Shown: positions 1-9,343, counted from the stretch's first letter. The stretch is 45,178 bases of DNA from a bacterium (GCA_016783645.1 JADHWD010000002.1:1-45178), one strand, 5' to 3'. The notes: generated by a model from the sequence alone, not told the origin. Numbers and translations: made by a program.

Positions 1-42
1 ATCCATCAGTGGCGGATTCGACCACATAATTTGTGTTGCAAC

Positions 43-126
43 ATCCCCAAAGGGGATGAATGTGAATAGCCGTAGGTGAAACCTACGGAAAAGAAAGCCA
101 CATTCATCGACCCTGAAGGGGTCGAA
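43..126 (-). repeat. Triple-hairpin REP-like module E (ATCCCC..GGGGAT / CCGTAGGTGAAACCTACGG / CGACCCTGAAGGGGTCG)
   Basis: Reverse complement recurs at about 6431-6513 and 18593-18676. Confidence 0.8.
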
Positions 127-332
127 CATTTCCGAAATGATAAACAATTACCAACATATTATATGCGTAAATGCAAATATGACACGACACTAGTATGATA
201 TTTAGGTTAGCGTGGGAGTAGATTTAACGATCTCAATTAAGTTAGGTGTATTGACATTCAACATTTGTTCGATTTAAAACAGGAGATTGCCACAAGGCTT
301 TCGTCCGCTGTACAGCGGACATGTCGGGAATC

Positions 333-355
333 GATTCCGGACAAGCCGGAATGAC
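333..355. repeat. Palindromic element GATTCCGGACAAGCCGGAATGAC (GTCATTCCG-type REP/RPE-like)
   Basis: Hairpin visible in the sequence; a related degenerate copy lies at about 15422-15457. Confidence 0.55.
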
Positions 356-534
356 GGCGTTATGGGGATTATTTACAGATTGAGAAACAATATCAACAAT
401 TAACCGACACCACCAAATTTTCCAGCCTACCCAATTATTCCCCAAGTATAGATACTTACACATCCAATGTAGGAGTCCATCTCTTACATTTCTGTAAGTA
501 TTTGTAATTCATAATGATATATGATTCTATTTTC

Positions 535-611
535 CTTGAGTCTTGAGCCTTGAGCTTTAAGCCCAGAGCCTAAAATCAAATTTCAAATATCACATATCAA
601 ATTTCAAATAT
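535..611. repeat. Degenerate heptamer tandem repeats (CCTTGAG-like, then TCAAAT(A/T)T-like)
   Basis: 7-bp periodicity just downstream of the pseG stop. Confidence 0.6.
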
Positions 612-630
612 CTTTGGCTAGTATTTTCAT

Positions 631-1671
631 CTAACGCCTCATGAAATCCGCCATACGCGCCAGCGCTCTTTCTCTGCCGAGTCCATCCACAATCTCCCGT
701 CCGCTGGCGCACATCCTGCGCCTTTTGAACTCATCGGCTGATAAACGACTCATCATCCAGCCGATCTCTTCGGGTTCAATAGTGTTGTACCATCCCAGAT
801 TAACCGCCGCTCCTAATCTGCTCATGCTGTCAGCGATGGGATATTGATTATCAGACAGCACCATAGCGGCGCAGGGTAATCCTAAAAAAGCCGCTTCATA
901 TAGTGTTATACCGGCGGCGGTGACCGCTATATCCGCATTGGTCATCAACATCGACATGTCTTTTATACCGCGGTATATATCAATTCCCTTCATTTCACGC
1001 TTGATAAATTCCGCCAGTTCATCATAATGAATATTACTTCGGCCGACAACTATTTGAGCTTTAAATCCGTTATTGATTAACGGTTTCACACCTTTCAGGG
1101 CGATTAATGCGGCGTTTTCTATATCAGCGCCGCCCATAGTGATAAGCAGATTTTCCGCTTTCGACGGATTATAACGCGTCCATCCCAGCCATTTTATGAA
1201 TTCATTCCGCAATAAAATATATTCACTGCCTAATAACAGCGATGCGGCGGGATTGTCCGGCCGGTAAAGAGTTTCATTGGCGTGAGGATTCTGATTTAAA
1301 ATTATATCGGCGTGATATTTTTTATTACAATTGTCATCGTCAATAGCGAGCACTTTTTTACCAGCCAGTTTGACTTCCTTGCGGTAAGCGCTGTTAAAAT
1401 GATAACCATCGATGACTATCCAATCGACATTGCGCCAGCGGGAAAATTCGACTGTCTCGTAAGCGTCATCGGCGCTTCCGAGTTCCGATTCAATTCGGTG
1501 CACTTCAATCCCCTCCCTTCCGAACCTATCTTCGGGAATTTGGGAATCGGCTCCGGTGAGCAGGTGCGCATATCCGCCGCGTTTCAGCGCCGCTTCCGCT
1601 AAAGCTAAGCAGCGCATAATATGTCCTGAACCTATGCGGCTGTCCGCATCCGCGCGTATCAATATTCTCAT
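631..1671 (-). CDS. pseG: UDP-2,4-diacetamido-2,4,6-trideoxy-beta-L-altropyranose hydrolase
   Basis: N-terminal RADADSRIGSGHIMRCLALA, IVIDGY and LITMGGAD motifs; directly downstream of pseC. Confidence 0.85.
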   Translation of the reverse strand: MRILIRADADSRIGSGHIMRCLALAEAALKRGGYAHLLTGADSQIPEDRFGREGIEVHRIESELGSADDAYETVEFSRWRNVDWIVIDGYHFNSAYRKEVKLAGKKVLAIDDDNCNKKYHADIILNQNPHANETLYRPDNPAASLLLGSEYILLRNEFIKWLGWTRYNPSKAENLLITMGGADIENAALIALKGVKPLINNGFKAQIVVGRSNIHYDELAEFIKREMKGIDIYRGIKDMSMLMTNADIAVTAAGITLYEAAFLGLPCAAMVLSDNQYPIADSMSRLGAAVNLGWYNTIEPEEIGWMMSRLSADEFKRRRMCASGREIVDGLGRERALARMADFMRR

Positions 1672-1796
1672 TCGCTTCTCAAATACTGATTCTGCAATCC
1701 CCGGCGTGAAGGCAGTTCAGCGGGAATAATTACATTGTGAGAAATATCCGGCATTTTAAATCGCTGAATTAAACTATGTAATGTACCATAATTTAA

Positions 1797-2966
1797 TTAA
1801 AGGGCAAATACCGCGCTGTGTTTTCGGACAACTTTCCGCATTTGTTCTATCACAAATTCAATATCTTTTAATGTAAGCGAAGGAAATATCGGAAGGCTGA
1901 TTATCCTTTCATAAGCCGCTTCCGCCGCCGGACATAATCCGTACCCGGTGCGGAATCTATTCCGGTAATATGGATGCAGATGCACCGGTATATAATGGAC
2001 ATTCACTCCTATTCCCGCTTCCCGCAGTTCAGTGAATATCTGCCCTCTATCCGCATCGAGCTCATCTAAATTCAGTTGAATCACATATAAATGATAAGCG
2101 TGCCGCACGGATGATTTCACATTCAAGGGTGAAATCCCCTCAAGCTCGAGGAATTCGCGATTGTATATTTTCGCAATCATCCTGCGATTGGCTATAAAAG
2201 AATCCAGCTTGTGGAGTTGGCTTCGGCCCAAAGCGCATTGAATATCGGTCAATCGGTAATTATAGCCTAAATCCACCATTTCATAATACCAGGATCCCTG
2301 CGAAGCCCGTTTGTGAAAATCAGAGTCGATCCCATGGTTACGGAATCTTCGAGCCCGTTCCGCTAATTTATCATCATTCGTAACTGCCATCCCTCCTTCA
2401 CCAGCGGTGATATGTTTCACCGGATGAAAGCTGAAGACGGTGATATCCGCCAAACATCCGCATTTCTTCCCTTTGTATTCCGCGCCTAAAGAATGGCAGG
2501 CGTCCGAAATTAATAATAAGCCGTATTCATCGGCGATTCTCCGGAGTTCATCATAATCAGCCGGATGACCGGCGTAATCGACCGCTATAATCGCCCGGGT
2601 ATGGGGCGTTATTTTAGATTCTACCAATTCCGGATCAATCAGCAGTGTATCCGGCTGGACATCGGCGAACAGCGGTATCCCGCCCATATAGACCACTGCG
2701 TTGGCGGTGGCGGCGAAAGTGATAGGCGGGACTATCACTTCATCACCAGGTTCAATCCCCGCTGCGAACATCGCTGTATGCAAAGCCGCAGTGCCGCTGG
2801 AAACCGCTATCGCATGTTTGACGCCGACATACTCGGATATCTCCCGCTCGAAGGTCTCCACCATTGGTCCAGTGGTCAGCCAGTCACCTCTTAGGACTTC
2901 CACTACCGCCATTATATCAGCTTTATCAACAAACTGCTTCCCGTAGGGGATGAAGTTCCTTTTCAT
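1797..2966 (-). CDS. pseC: UDP-4-amino-4,6-dideoxy-N-acetyl-beta-L-altrosamine transaminase (DegT/DnrJ family)
   Basis: IPYGKQ N-terminus, DACHSLGA, FSFHPVKHIT (PLP lysine), LGYNYRLTDIQCALG; pse gene context. Confidence 0.88.
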   Translation of the reverse strand: MKRNFIPYGKQFVDKADIMAVVEVLRGDWLTTGPMVETFEREISEYVGVKHAIAVSSGTAALHTAMFAAGIEPGDEVIVPPITFAATANAVVYMGGIPLFADVQPDTLLIDPELVESKITPHTRAIIAVDYAGHPADYDELRRIADEYGLLLISDACHSLGAEYKGKKCGCLADITVFSFHPVKHITAGEGGMAVTNDDKLAERARRFRNHGIDSDFHKRASQGSWYYEMVDLGYNYRLTDIQCALGRSQLHKLDSFIANRRMIAKIYNREFLELEGISPLNVKSSVRHAYHLYVIQLNLDELDADRGQIFTELREAGIGVNVHYIPVHLHPYYRNRFRTGYGLCPAAEAAYERIISLPIFPSLTLKDIEFVIEQMRKVVRKHSAVFAL

Positions 2967-3294
2967 CTTTTACCTCTGATTCTAAACGCCAATAATCTTC
3001 ATCGGTGAACCACCATACGTTATTGTCGCTGCTGTAATGGAATCCTTGAGGAACCGGCCGGCCGCCTTCAAGGAAATCCTCGTCCCATTCGTGCAACCGA
3101 TTATCTGGTCTAACTACATAGAAATCATCGAATTCCAGTGCCCGGCGGGATTCATCCTCCGTTAACAGCACTTCATGCAGTTTCTCACCGAGGCGGATTC
3201 CCACCACTTCATGGCGGCATTCCGGGGCTATCGCCATCGCTAAATCCACTATCCGCATACTGGGCAGTTTGGGAACAAAGATTTCACCGCCAAT
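2926..3294 (-). pseudogene. pseB: C-terminal remnant of UDP-GlcNAc 4,6-dehydratase (inverting)
   Basis: Frame extends upstream of the called ATG as GGEIFVPKLPSMRIVDLAMAIAP...GIRLGEKLHEVL...YSSDNN. An in-frame TAG lies at 3297-3295 and the Rossmann/catalytic N-terminal two-thirds is absent. Confidence 0.8.
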
Positions 3295-3906
3295 CTATTA
3301 ATGTTCTGTCTTTTCGGTTTTGATGATAGGAAAAAATAGACTTCGGAATCGAGACCTTCCGGAAGTTATTGCCTATGAGAATATTCATGCGGGTATATTG
3401 ACAAACCTTATGTGTTTGATATTACAGCATATATGAACCGCTTCCATATTCTCGGCTCCGGAATCACGCTTTTCCGCTCATAAAAAAGGCAAGCAGTGAG
3501 CCAAAACATGAAACCGGGTGATGTCTGCGGGTGAGGGGAGTTTGACCCGGGATCGGATAAAGCGGTTATAGCGTTAGAACACCCATGTACCGCCGGCGCA
3601 CCACAAATATCGGAATCGTATCTCTATCAGGCGGGGACGCCTGTCAGCATAGCAATGCTATGGATTTGGGGAATTAACATTAAATATTTATAATGGTAAC
3701 CCATAAAACAATAAATTCACAAGAATATTTGCGTTTATTTCTTGAAAATGCTATATTTTATAGGAATTGACACCCACTTACTGAATAACGCCCGCGGGAA
3801 TGTTTTTTTAAAATTTTTTTATCAGCATAAGTTACTATAAAACAACAGTATATAATAATTAAAGTAAAATATTAGATAAAATACTTTAAAAATACTGCGA
3901 AATTAC

Positions 3907-3935
3907 TTGACATTATCAAAATATTTTTTTAGATT
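3907..3935 (+). promoter_or_regulatory. sigma70-type promoter of the dcw cluster
   Basis: TTGACA (3907-3912), 17-nt spacer, TAGATT (3930-3935), with AT-rich sequence upstream. Confidence 0.7.
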
Positions 3936-3938
3936 TTT

Positions 3939-3973
3939 GTGGGTTAGAGTTGCATAAAGTAGGGTATTGTGGG
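3939..3973 (+). promoter_or_regulatory. MraZ operator direct repeats
   Basis: GTGGG (3939), GTTGC (3949), GTAGG (3959), GTGGG (3969) at an exact 10-bp period directly before mraZ, matching the known MraZ box arrangement. Confidence 0.75.
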
Positions 3974-3977
3974 TTAA

Positions 3978-4754
3978 TTGCAGGGCCAAGAAGACATATT
4001 ATTCATCGGAAACTTCCTTTATACGCTGGACAACAAGGATCGAATCAACATTCCTTCACGCTGGCGTAAAGAACTTCCTCCTGAATCCGGTGACAGTTTT
4101 GTAATCACCAAAGGATTTGAAACCTGCCTCTACATGTATCCCGCCAACTACTGGTACCATTTCATCTATCGATACCGCAACACTTTCGCCTCGGATCAGG
4201 AAGAAGACCGTAAATTCGCCATCTGGTGCTTGAGGGACGCTAATGAAGTCCAGATGGATAAGCAGGGAAGGATACCTGTCCCCAAGATTCTGCTCCGCTA
4301 TTCCAGGATCAGCAAGGAAGTGAAAATTATCGGCAACCGCAATCGAATCGAGTTATGGAATCCCGATATCTGCGATGAATTTGTGGGTCATGATGACGGT
4401 GTATATAAGAAGAAAGCCGCCAGTTTCGCTTCCGGTCTTTCAGCCATGAATCAAGCGGCGGCGGATTCACCCGGGTTATATCCTCCCCCGTATAATCCAG
4501 CGTCAATGCCCGTTCCCAATCAGCAGGGATATCCTCAATATCCGCCGGTCTATCCATATTACCCGCCGGGTTATCATCCTTATTATCCTTACAATTATAT
4601 GCCCGGGCAGCCTCCGATGCTAACCGGAGGTTACCCGGAACAGCCTTACAAAGGACCTGATAAACCGCCGGCATCCCAAAATCCTAAACCGAATACTAAT
4701 CAACCGCCTTCACAGAATTCTGACCAAAAGAGTGAAGATCCCGAAGGACAGTGA
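3978..4754 (+). CDS. mraZ: Transcriptional regulator MraZ with a ~105-aa Pro/Tyr/Gln-rich C-terminal extension
   Basis: FIGNFLYTLDNKDRINIP and MDKQGRIPVP...RIELWN motifs; first gene of the dcw cluster; TTG start. Confidence 0.9.
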   Translation: MQGQEDILFIGNFLYTLDNKDRINIPSRWRKELPPESGDSFVITKGFETCLYMYPANYWYHFIYRYRNTFASDQEEDRKFAIWCLRDANEVQMDKQGRIPVPKILLRYSRISKEVKIIGNRNRIELWNPDICDEFVGHDDGVYKKKAASFASGLSAMNQAAADSPGLYPPPYNPASMPVPNQQGYPQYPPVYPYYPPGYHPYYPYNYMPGQPPMLTGGYPEQPYKGPDKPPASQNPKPNTNQPPSQNSDQKSEDPEGQ

Positions 4755-4881
4755 ATTAAGCATTTATTTTATAGTTGTTTGATATACACATCTTCTGACA
4801 ACAGTTGTATTTGATTCTGTCCCCTTATGTCACTTCAGTCAATTTGCTTTCTTGAACAATAATAAAATCTTAAACTGAATA

Positions 4882-5799
4882 ATGGAAGTAACAGCGCCGC
4901 ACTCTACGGTGATGCTTAATGAAACTATTAAGTTATTAGCTGTCAAACCCGCCGGAGTGTACTTGGACGCTACCGTGGGGACCGGCGGCTGCAGCCGGGC
5001 GATTTTGGATTCACTGAATGAGAATGGGCGGTTGATCTCAATAGATCTCGATGAAGAGGCGCTGAAGATAGTGGAAGCGGAATTAGGGAAAGATTCCCGT
5101 ATCTCCTTGGTACACGGTAATTTCAGCGATTGTAAGATAATTCTCTCACAATTAGGTATTTCAAAATTAGATGGGATGACTGCGGATTTAGGATTATCCA
5201 GCCTTCAGTTAGATAGTCCTCTTAAGGGATTTTCCTACCGCTTCGATGCGCCTTTGGATATGAGATTCGACTCCCGCAGTTCTTACACAGCTTTAGATTT
5301 AATCCGGAATAGTTCCGCACAACAACTGGCGGAGATAATCGCTCGATACGGCGAACAGCGCGGAGCTGTCCGGATAGCAAAAGCGATAAAATCCTGTAAA
5401 CCTGTGGCTACTACTCAATTAGCCGGAATTATCTGCAAAACCGCCCCGCGGGGGAACAGGGATAAAATACTTGCCCGGGTATTCCAAAGTTTCAGAATCG
5501 CTGTCAACCGCGAATTGGAAAATCTGCAGGCTTTCCTGGAGGCTTCATCATCATTACTAAAACCAGGCGGAAGACTGGCAACGCTCTCTTATCACTCGCT
5601 GGAAGACAGGATAGTCAAGAATTTTCTGAAACGGGAATCTTCCGATTGTATCTGCCCGCCCGAAGCTCCGCAATGCGGATGCGGACATCGAGCGCAGTTC
5701 AAAATTATCACCAAAAAACCGGTGACCCCTTCGGAATTGGAAAAAGTGAACAATCCCCGTTCAAGAAGCGCCAAGATGAGGGCTGGCGAAAGAATTTAA
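4882..5799 (+). CDS. rsmH: 16S rRNA m4C1402 methyltransferase
   Basis: DATVGTGG, DLGLSSLQLD...GFSY, PLDMR, SYHSLEDRIVK and NPRSRSAKMR motifs. Confidence 0.95.
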   Translation: MEVTAPHSTVMLNETIKLLAVKPAGVYLDATVGTGGCSRAILDSLNENGRLISIDLDEEALKIVEAELGKDSRISLVHGNFSDCKIILSQLGISKLDGMTADLGLSSLQLDSPLKGFSYRFDAPLDMRFDSRSSYTALDLIRNSSAQQLAEIIARYGEQRGAVRIAKAIKSCKPVATTQLAGIICKTAPRGNRDKILARVFQSFRIAVNRELENLQAFLEASSSLLKPGGRLATLSYHSLEDRIVKNFLKRESSDCICPPEAPQCGCGHRAQFKIITKKPVTPSELEKVNNPRSRSAKMRAGERI

Positions 5800-5801
5800 C
5801 A

Positions 5802-5853
5802 GTTAAGCGGTTAAGTAGTTAAGTAGTTGAGTAGTAAAGCGGTAAAGTGGTTA
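5802..5853 (+). repeat. Degenerate octamer array (GTTAAG(T/C)(A/G)), about 6 units
   Basis: 8-bp periodicity; same family as 32540-32579 and 36974-37053. Confidence 0.7.
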
Positions 5854-6218
5854 AAAGCGGGAAGATAAAAAAAGACAAGGAAACCGGAGCGTTCTCGCTG
5901 CGAAAGACTCTGGTTTTTTGTTTGCTGATAGGCGGTATCGCATTGGGATTTGTCTGGAAGAAAGCGGCGCTGGATGAAGCCTACCGCCTCCGGCAGAAAC
6001 TGAATGAACAAAATTATAATCTTAAAGCCGAACTGATCGAAGTGAAAATTGTCTGTGATAAAGAAACTTCCTTCCCGGTAATATTGGAGAAGGCGAAAGC
6101 GATGGGATTCAACATTTCCACTAACCGCCCCCGCATCGTCAATTTGTCGTTGAATGATCTGCCGCATGAATTTTTCCGGGAGTATCAAGCATCTTCCACA
6201 AATAATAATGCTGATTAA
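5847..6218 (+). CDS. ftsL: Cell division protein FtsL-like
   Basis: Basic N-terminus, one TM segment and a coiled coil ending EKAKAMG; sits between rsmH and ftsI. Confidence 0.7.
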   Translation: MVKSGKIKKDKETGAFSLRKTLVFCLLIGGIALGFVWKKAALDEAYRLRQKLNEQNYNLKAELIEVKIVCDKETSFPVILEKAKAMGFNISTNRPRIVNLSLNDLPHEFFREYQASSTNNNAD

Positions 6219-6236
6219 CACTGTTTGATATTATGT

Positions 6237-6387
6237 ATAATCCCTCACCCGTCCCCGCATGACACTAATACACTGTTATTATTATATATGGTGTCGACTG
6301 CGGGGAGTCGACACCACAATATATGCGATTTTGTAGGGACACGCTATAGCGTGTCCCTACAATCCTGCATATTTATTTTCAGAGTAA
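6237..6387 (+). mobile_element. L/R cassette copy 0 (truncated left end; cargo modules A, B and the GTAG palindrome C)
   Basis: Partial left end ATAATCCCTCA; right end ATTTTCAGAGTAA (6375-6387) fused to the next left end. Confidence 0.5.
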
Positions 6388-6745
6388 ACTCTCGTGCGCC
6401 GGCGGCGCGCCACCAAGCATGAAAATAGTGCGACCCCTTCAGGGTCGTCAGGATTAATGTTCTACTTCCGTAGGTTTCACCTCCTGCTATTCATGTTTTT
6501 CCCCTTCGGGGAAGGGCGGCCGCAAGGGCCGCCCCTACATTCCCTGATATTTGTGGTGTCATGCGTCCCCGCATGACACTAATTGATATGTCGGGATTGA
6601 GACAATCCCGACTCCATAAATGGCAATCCGGTTTCTCCGAAACCGGGGAATACTGGCAGGTCACACCCGCTGTCAGCGCGCAAGACCTGCCAGAACAAGG
6701 TACTAGACCCTAAACATCAGCCCCTAGACCCTATTTTCAAAGTAA
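6385..6745 (+). mobile_element. L/R cassette copy 1 (cargo E-F-A-G-H-I-J)
   Basis: Left end 6385-6428, right end ATTTTCAAAGTAA 6733-6745; cargo blocks shared with the 18546-18844 and 27438-27562 copies. Confidence 0.7.
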
Positions 6746-6779
6746 ATATTGATCATCACTAATTATCCAATGACATTTT

Positions 6780-8861
6780 ATGCGCAGACAGCGGCGTAAA
6801 AAAAGCGGATTACGAGAAGAGCGTCCTTCGTACATGAACCGGGGCAGACTATGGCTTCTTTCCGCTCTATTTATCATTCTGAGTTTCGCAGTGTGGGCTC
6901 GGCTGTTTCAGTTACAGGTATTACTTCATGGCCATTACCATGAACTTGCGGTGAATCAGCGCGGGGACCGTATGGAGATAAAACTGCCCCGGGGCAGGAT
7001 ACTCGACCGTCACGGCGCGGCGCTGGCTCTCAATATCCCCCGTAGTTACTCTTTCGGAGTGCGGCCGTCGGAGGTGAAAGATAAATACAGTCTGGCATCG
7101 AATATATCCAAAGTGACCGGCCGCAGCCGCAATTACTATCTTGACCGTATGCGGACCGATTCACCTTTCATCTGGCTGGAACGGCAGACGGATGCCGATA
7201 AAGCCGGCAGATTGAGTTCCGTGAACGGTTTGATTCAGCAGTGTGAGACCCGCAGATTATATCCCAATGGCGCCGCCACACCCAAAGCTTTGGGATTCGT
7301 CAACCGCGATTGCGAAGGTATCGCCGGTATAGAGGAAATTTTCAATAACAAACTGGAGAGCGCGCCGGGTTATGAGATGACGGTGGAAGACGGATTCGGC
7401 AGAATATACGGTAATCTGAACGGTGCGCGGCAGGAACCGGTGCCGGGATGCAATATCTACACCACCTTCGACTGCGCGGTGCAGGAGATTGTTCTTAGCG
7501 TTCTGAATGAAGCTGTCGCCGGATATGATGCCAAAGGGGGGATGGCGATAGTGATGCTCCCCCGCACCGGCGAGATATTATCCATGGTTTCCACCCCTTT
7601 AAGCGACCCTAATAATCCCGCAAACTCAACTAATGATCATAAGCGTATCAAGCCTGTAGTCAATATCTACGAACCCGGTTCCACTTTTAAATTAGTGCCT
7701 GCGTTAGCCGCTTTGCTGAAAGGTATACCGCTGGATTATAAAGTCGACTGCGAAAACGGGCGTTACCGGATTGGAAGCCATACCATCAAAGATGTCAAAC
7801 CCTATAAAATTTTAAACTTCGAAGAGATCATCGTCAAATCGTCTAACATAGGCATCGCTAAAATCGCTCAGATGGTGGGCCGTAATGAATTATATCATGC
7901 GGCGCGGGATTTGGGATTCGGATGTCCTACCGGGATCGAACTGCCCGGTGAAGCGCGGGGAATTTTATCCCAGCCGTCGGAATGGGACGATTATTTGGCG
8001 GCGACTATAGGTTATGGTCAGGGAGTGTCGGTCAGCGCGTTACAGCTTGCCGCCGCCTATTCCGCCGTCGCTAACGATGGATTGATGTTCAAGCCCCGGA
8101 TAGTGCGCGCTATCGAGAACGCCGAAGGCGAAATATTCATGATAAAACCCACCACTGTCCGCCGGGTGATGTCCACCGAAACCGCCCATACCCTCACAGA
8201 TATTCTGGTAAAAGTCGTCAATGAGGGATCCGGAACCGCCGCCAAGATAGAGGGGATGGTTATCGCCGGTAAAACCGGCACCGCTCAGGTTCCTATTTCC
8301 CGCACCGAGGGTTACAGCCATGAACGGTTCATCAGCTCCTTCATCGGATTCACCCTCGATGAACCGCGGGTGCTCTGTATGGTAGTTCTGGAAGAACCGC
8401 AGAAAGCATATTACGCCTCCACAGTGGCGGCGCCTCAGTTCCGAAAAATCATCGAAAAGATTGTCCCTCTGTTAATCTCAAATGAAAGGTTGAAACAAGG
8501 ACCTCTTTGCGGATTACGCAGGTTTGAGATCGAAGAGATGAAAACACCTAACATGCTGACGCTGCCGCCTGAGAGCGCTTTAGCCGCCGCTAAAGAGGCC
8601 GGTATCAAATGTGTGCTTCTCGGAGACGGAGCTAAAATCACAAGCCAGCAGCCACCGCCGGGAGCTATGTTTATGAAAGGTGATACTTTAACGGTGTACG
8701 CTGGAAAATATGAGAACGCTCACGATGTCGTCGGTATGACGCTCCGCACAGCTGTCAAACGATTGACCGCTATGGGATATGAAGTCAGAGTGAATGGTTC
8801 GGGAGTAGTTAAATCCGCCGATTTCAGCGGCAAATTTTGTACACTCAATTGCATGCTCTAA
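6780..8861 (+). CDS. ftsI: Class B PBP FtsI (PBP3) with C-terminal PASTA-like domains
   Basis: RGRILDR, YEPGSTFK (SxxK), KSSN (SxN) and GKTGTAQ motifs. Confidence 0.93.
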   Translation: MRRQRRKKSGLREERPSYMNRGRLWLLSALFIILSFAVWARLFQLQVLLHGHYHELAVNQRGDRMEIKLPRGRILDRHGAALALNIPRSYSFGVRPSEVKDKYSLASNISKVTGRSRNYYLDRMRTDSPFIWLERQTDADKAGRLSSVNGLIQQCETRRLYPNGAATPKALGFVNRDCEGIAGIEEIFNNKLESAPGYEMTVEDGFGRIYGNLNGARQEPVPGCNIYTTFDCAVQEIVLSVLNEAVAGYDAKGGMAIVMLPRTGEILSMVSTPLSDPNNPANSTNDHKRIKPVVNIYEPGSTFKLVPALAALLKGIPLDYKVDCENGRYRIGSHTIKDVKPYKILNFEEIIVKSSNIGIAKIAQMVGRNELYHAARDLGFGCPTGIELPGEARGILSQPSEWDDYLAATIGYGQGVSVSALQLAAAYSAVANDGLMFKPRIVRAIENAEGEIFMIKPTTVRRVMSTETAHTLTDILVKVVNEGSGTAAKIEGMVIAGKTGTAQVPISRTEGYSHERFISSFIGFTLDEPRVLCMVVLEEPQKAYYASTVAAPQFRKIIEKIVPLLISNERLKQGPLCGLRRFEIEEMKTPNMLTLPPESALAAAKEAGIKCVLLGDGAKITSQQPPPGAMFMKGDTLTVYAGKYENAHDVVGMTLRTAVKRLTAMGYEVRVNGSGVVKSADFSGKFCTLNCML

Positions 8862-8956
8862 TTGCGAGTCAAAAGATTCAAGCAGTGAGCTAAAATAATC
8901 GACATTATAGCGTGTTCGATAGATTGTTTTACAATGAATATAATCCTCCTTAGGCG

Positions 8957-9093
8957 CTTAAGCGCTTAAATAAGCGGAATTGATTGTTTTTAAGGGCGAA
9001 GCAATTATTTTTAAGTGATTAATATTTTTATTGTTAACTAAAATTGCTTCGCCCCTACATTCCGTGAAAATAAGTCTTAGTTAAGCACTTATG
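8957..9093 (+). mobile_element. MITE with CAT-type TIRs, copy 1, inserted in a TAATCCCCC...GGGGGATTA palindrome (8941-9162)
   Basis: Homologous to 25304-25441; degenerate ~10-bp flanking duplication TCCTTAGGCG / CCCTTAGTCC. Confidence 0.7.
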
Positions 9094-9207
9094 CCCTTAG
9101 TCCCCCTTTAAAAAAGGGGGAAACCTAACCCCCCCTTTACTAAAGGGGGGCAGGGGGGATTATTTAATGATTATAATTAATGTCGCTCATTATAATATCG
9201 CAAATTT

Positions 9208-9343
9208 AACCTGTTCTGGCAGGTCTTGCTCGCCGCAGGCGGGTGTGACCTGCCAGCATTAACCGGTTTCGGATAAACCGGCCTGCTATTCTGTATATAA
9301 CTAACAGCTAACAGCTGACAACTGATAGCTATTTCAAGAGAAG
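9208..9343. repeat. Modules I and H, CTAACAG heptamers and a degenerate cassette right end
   Basis: CTGGCAGGT...GACCTGCCAG, CCGGTTTCGGATAAACCGG, then ATTTCAAGAGAA just before murE. Confidence 0.6.

Noticed and set aside
242-463. 73-aa ORF on the minus strand
   Set aside because: Built from palindromic repeats (VIPACPES is the translated hairpin); no recognisable domain.
3420-3700. RNase P RNA, tmRNA or 6S RNA upstream of mraZ
   Set aside because: No GAGGAAAGTCC or 3' CGGCTTA-type signature and no tRNA-like ends were recognised. The TTGACA at 3398 lacks a convincing -10.
6375-6428. Classical integron attC site
   Set aside because: Lacks the RYYYAAC/GTTRRRY cores, the cargo is non-coding and there is no intI in the window. 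Only an architectural analogy is claimed.
6225-6576. Short ORFs 6225-6422 and 6394-6576, and similar ones at 9177, 12317, 13684, 23617, 23688, 28038 and 28210
   Set aside because: They coincide with repeat mosaics and translate REP modules, so they are probably spurious.
6237-6745. CRISPR array
   Set aside because: The palindromes differ from one another, there is no constant repeat with unique regular spacers, and no cas genes are present.
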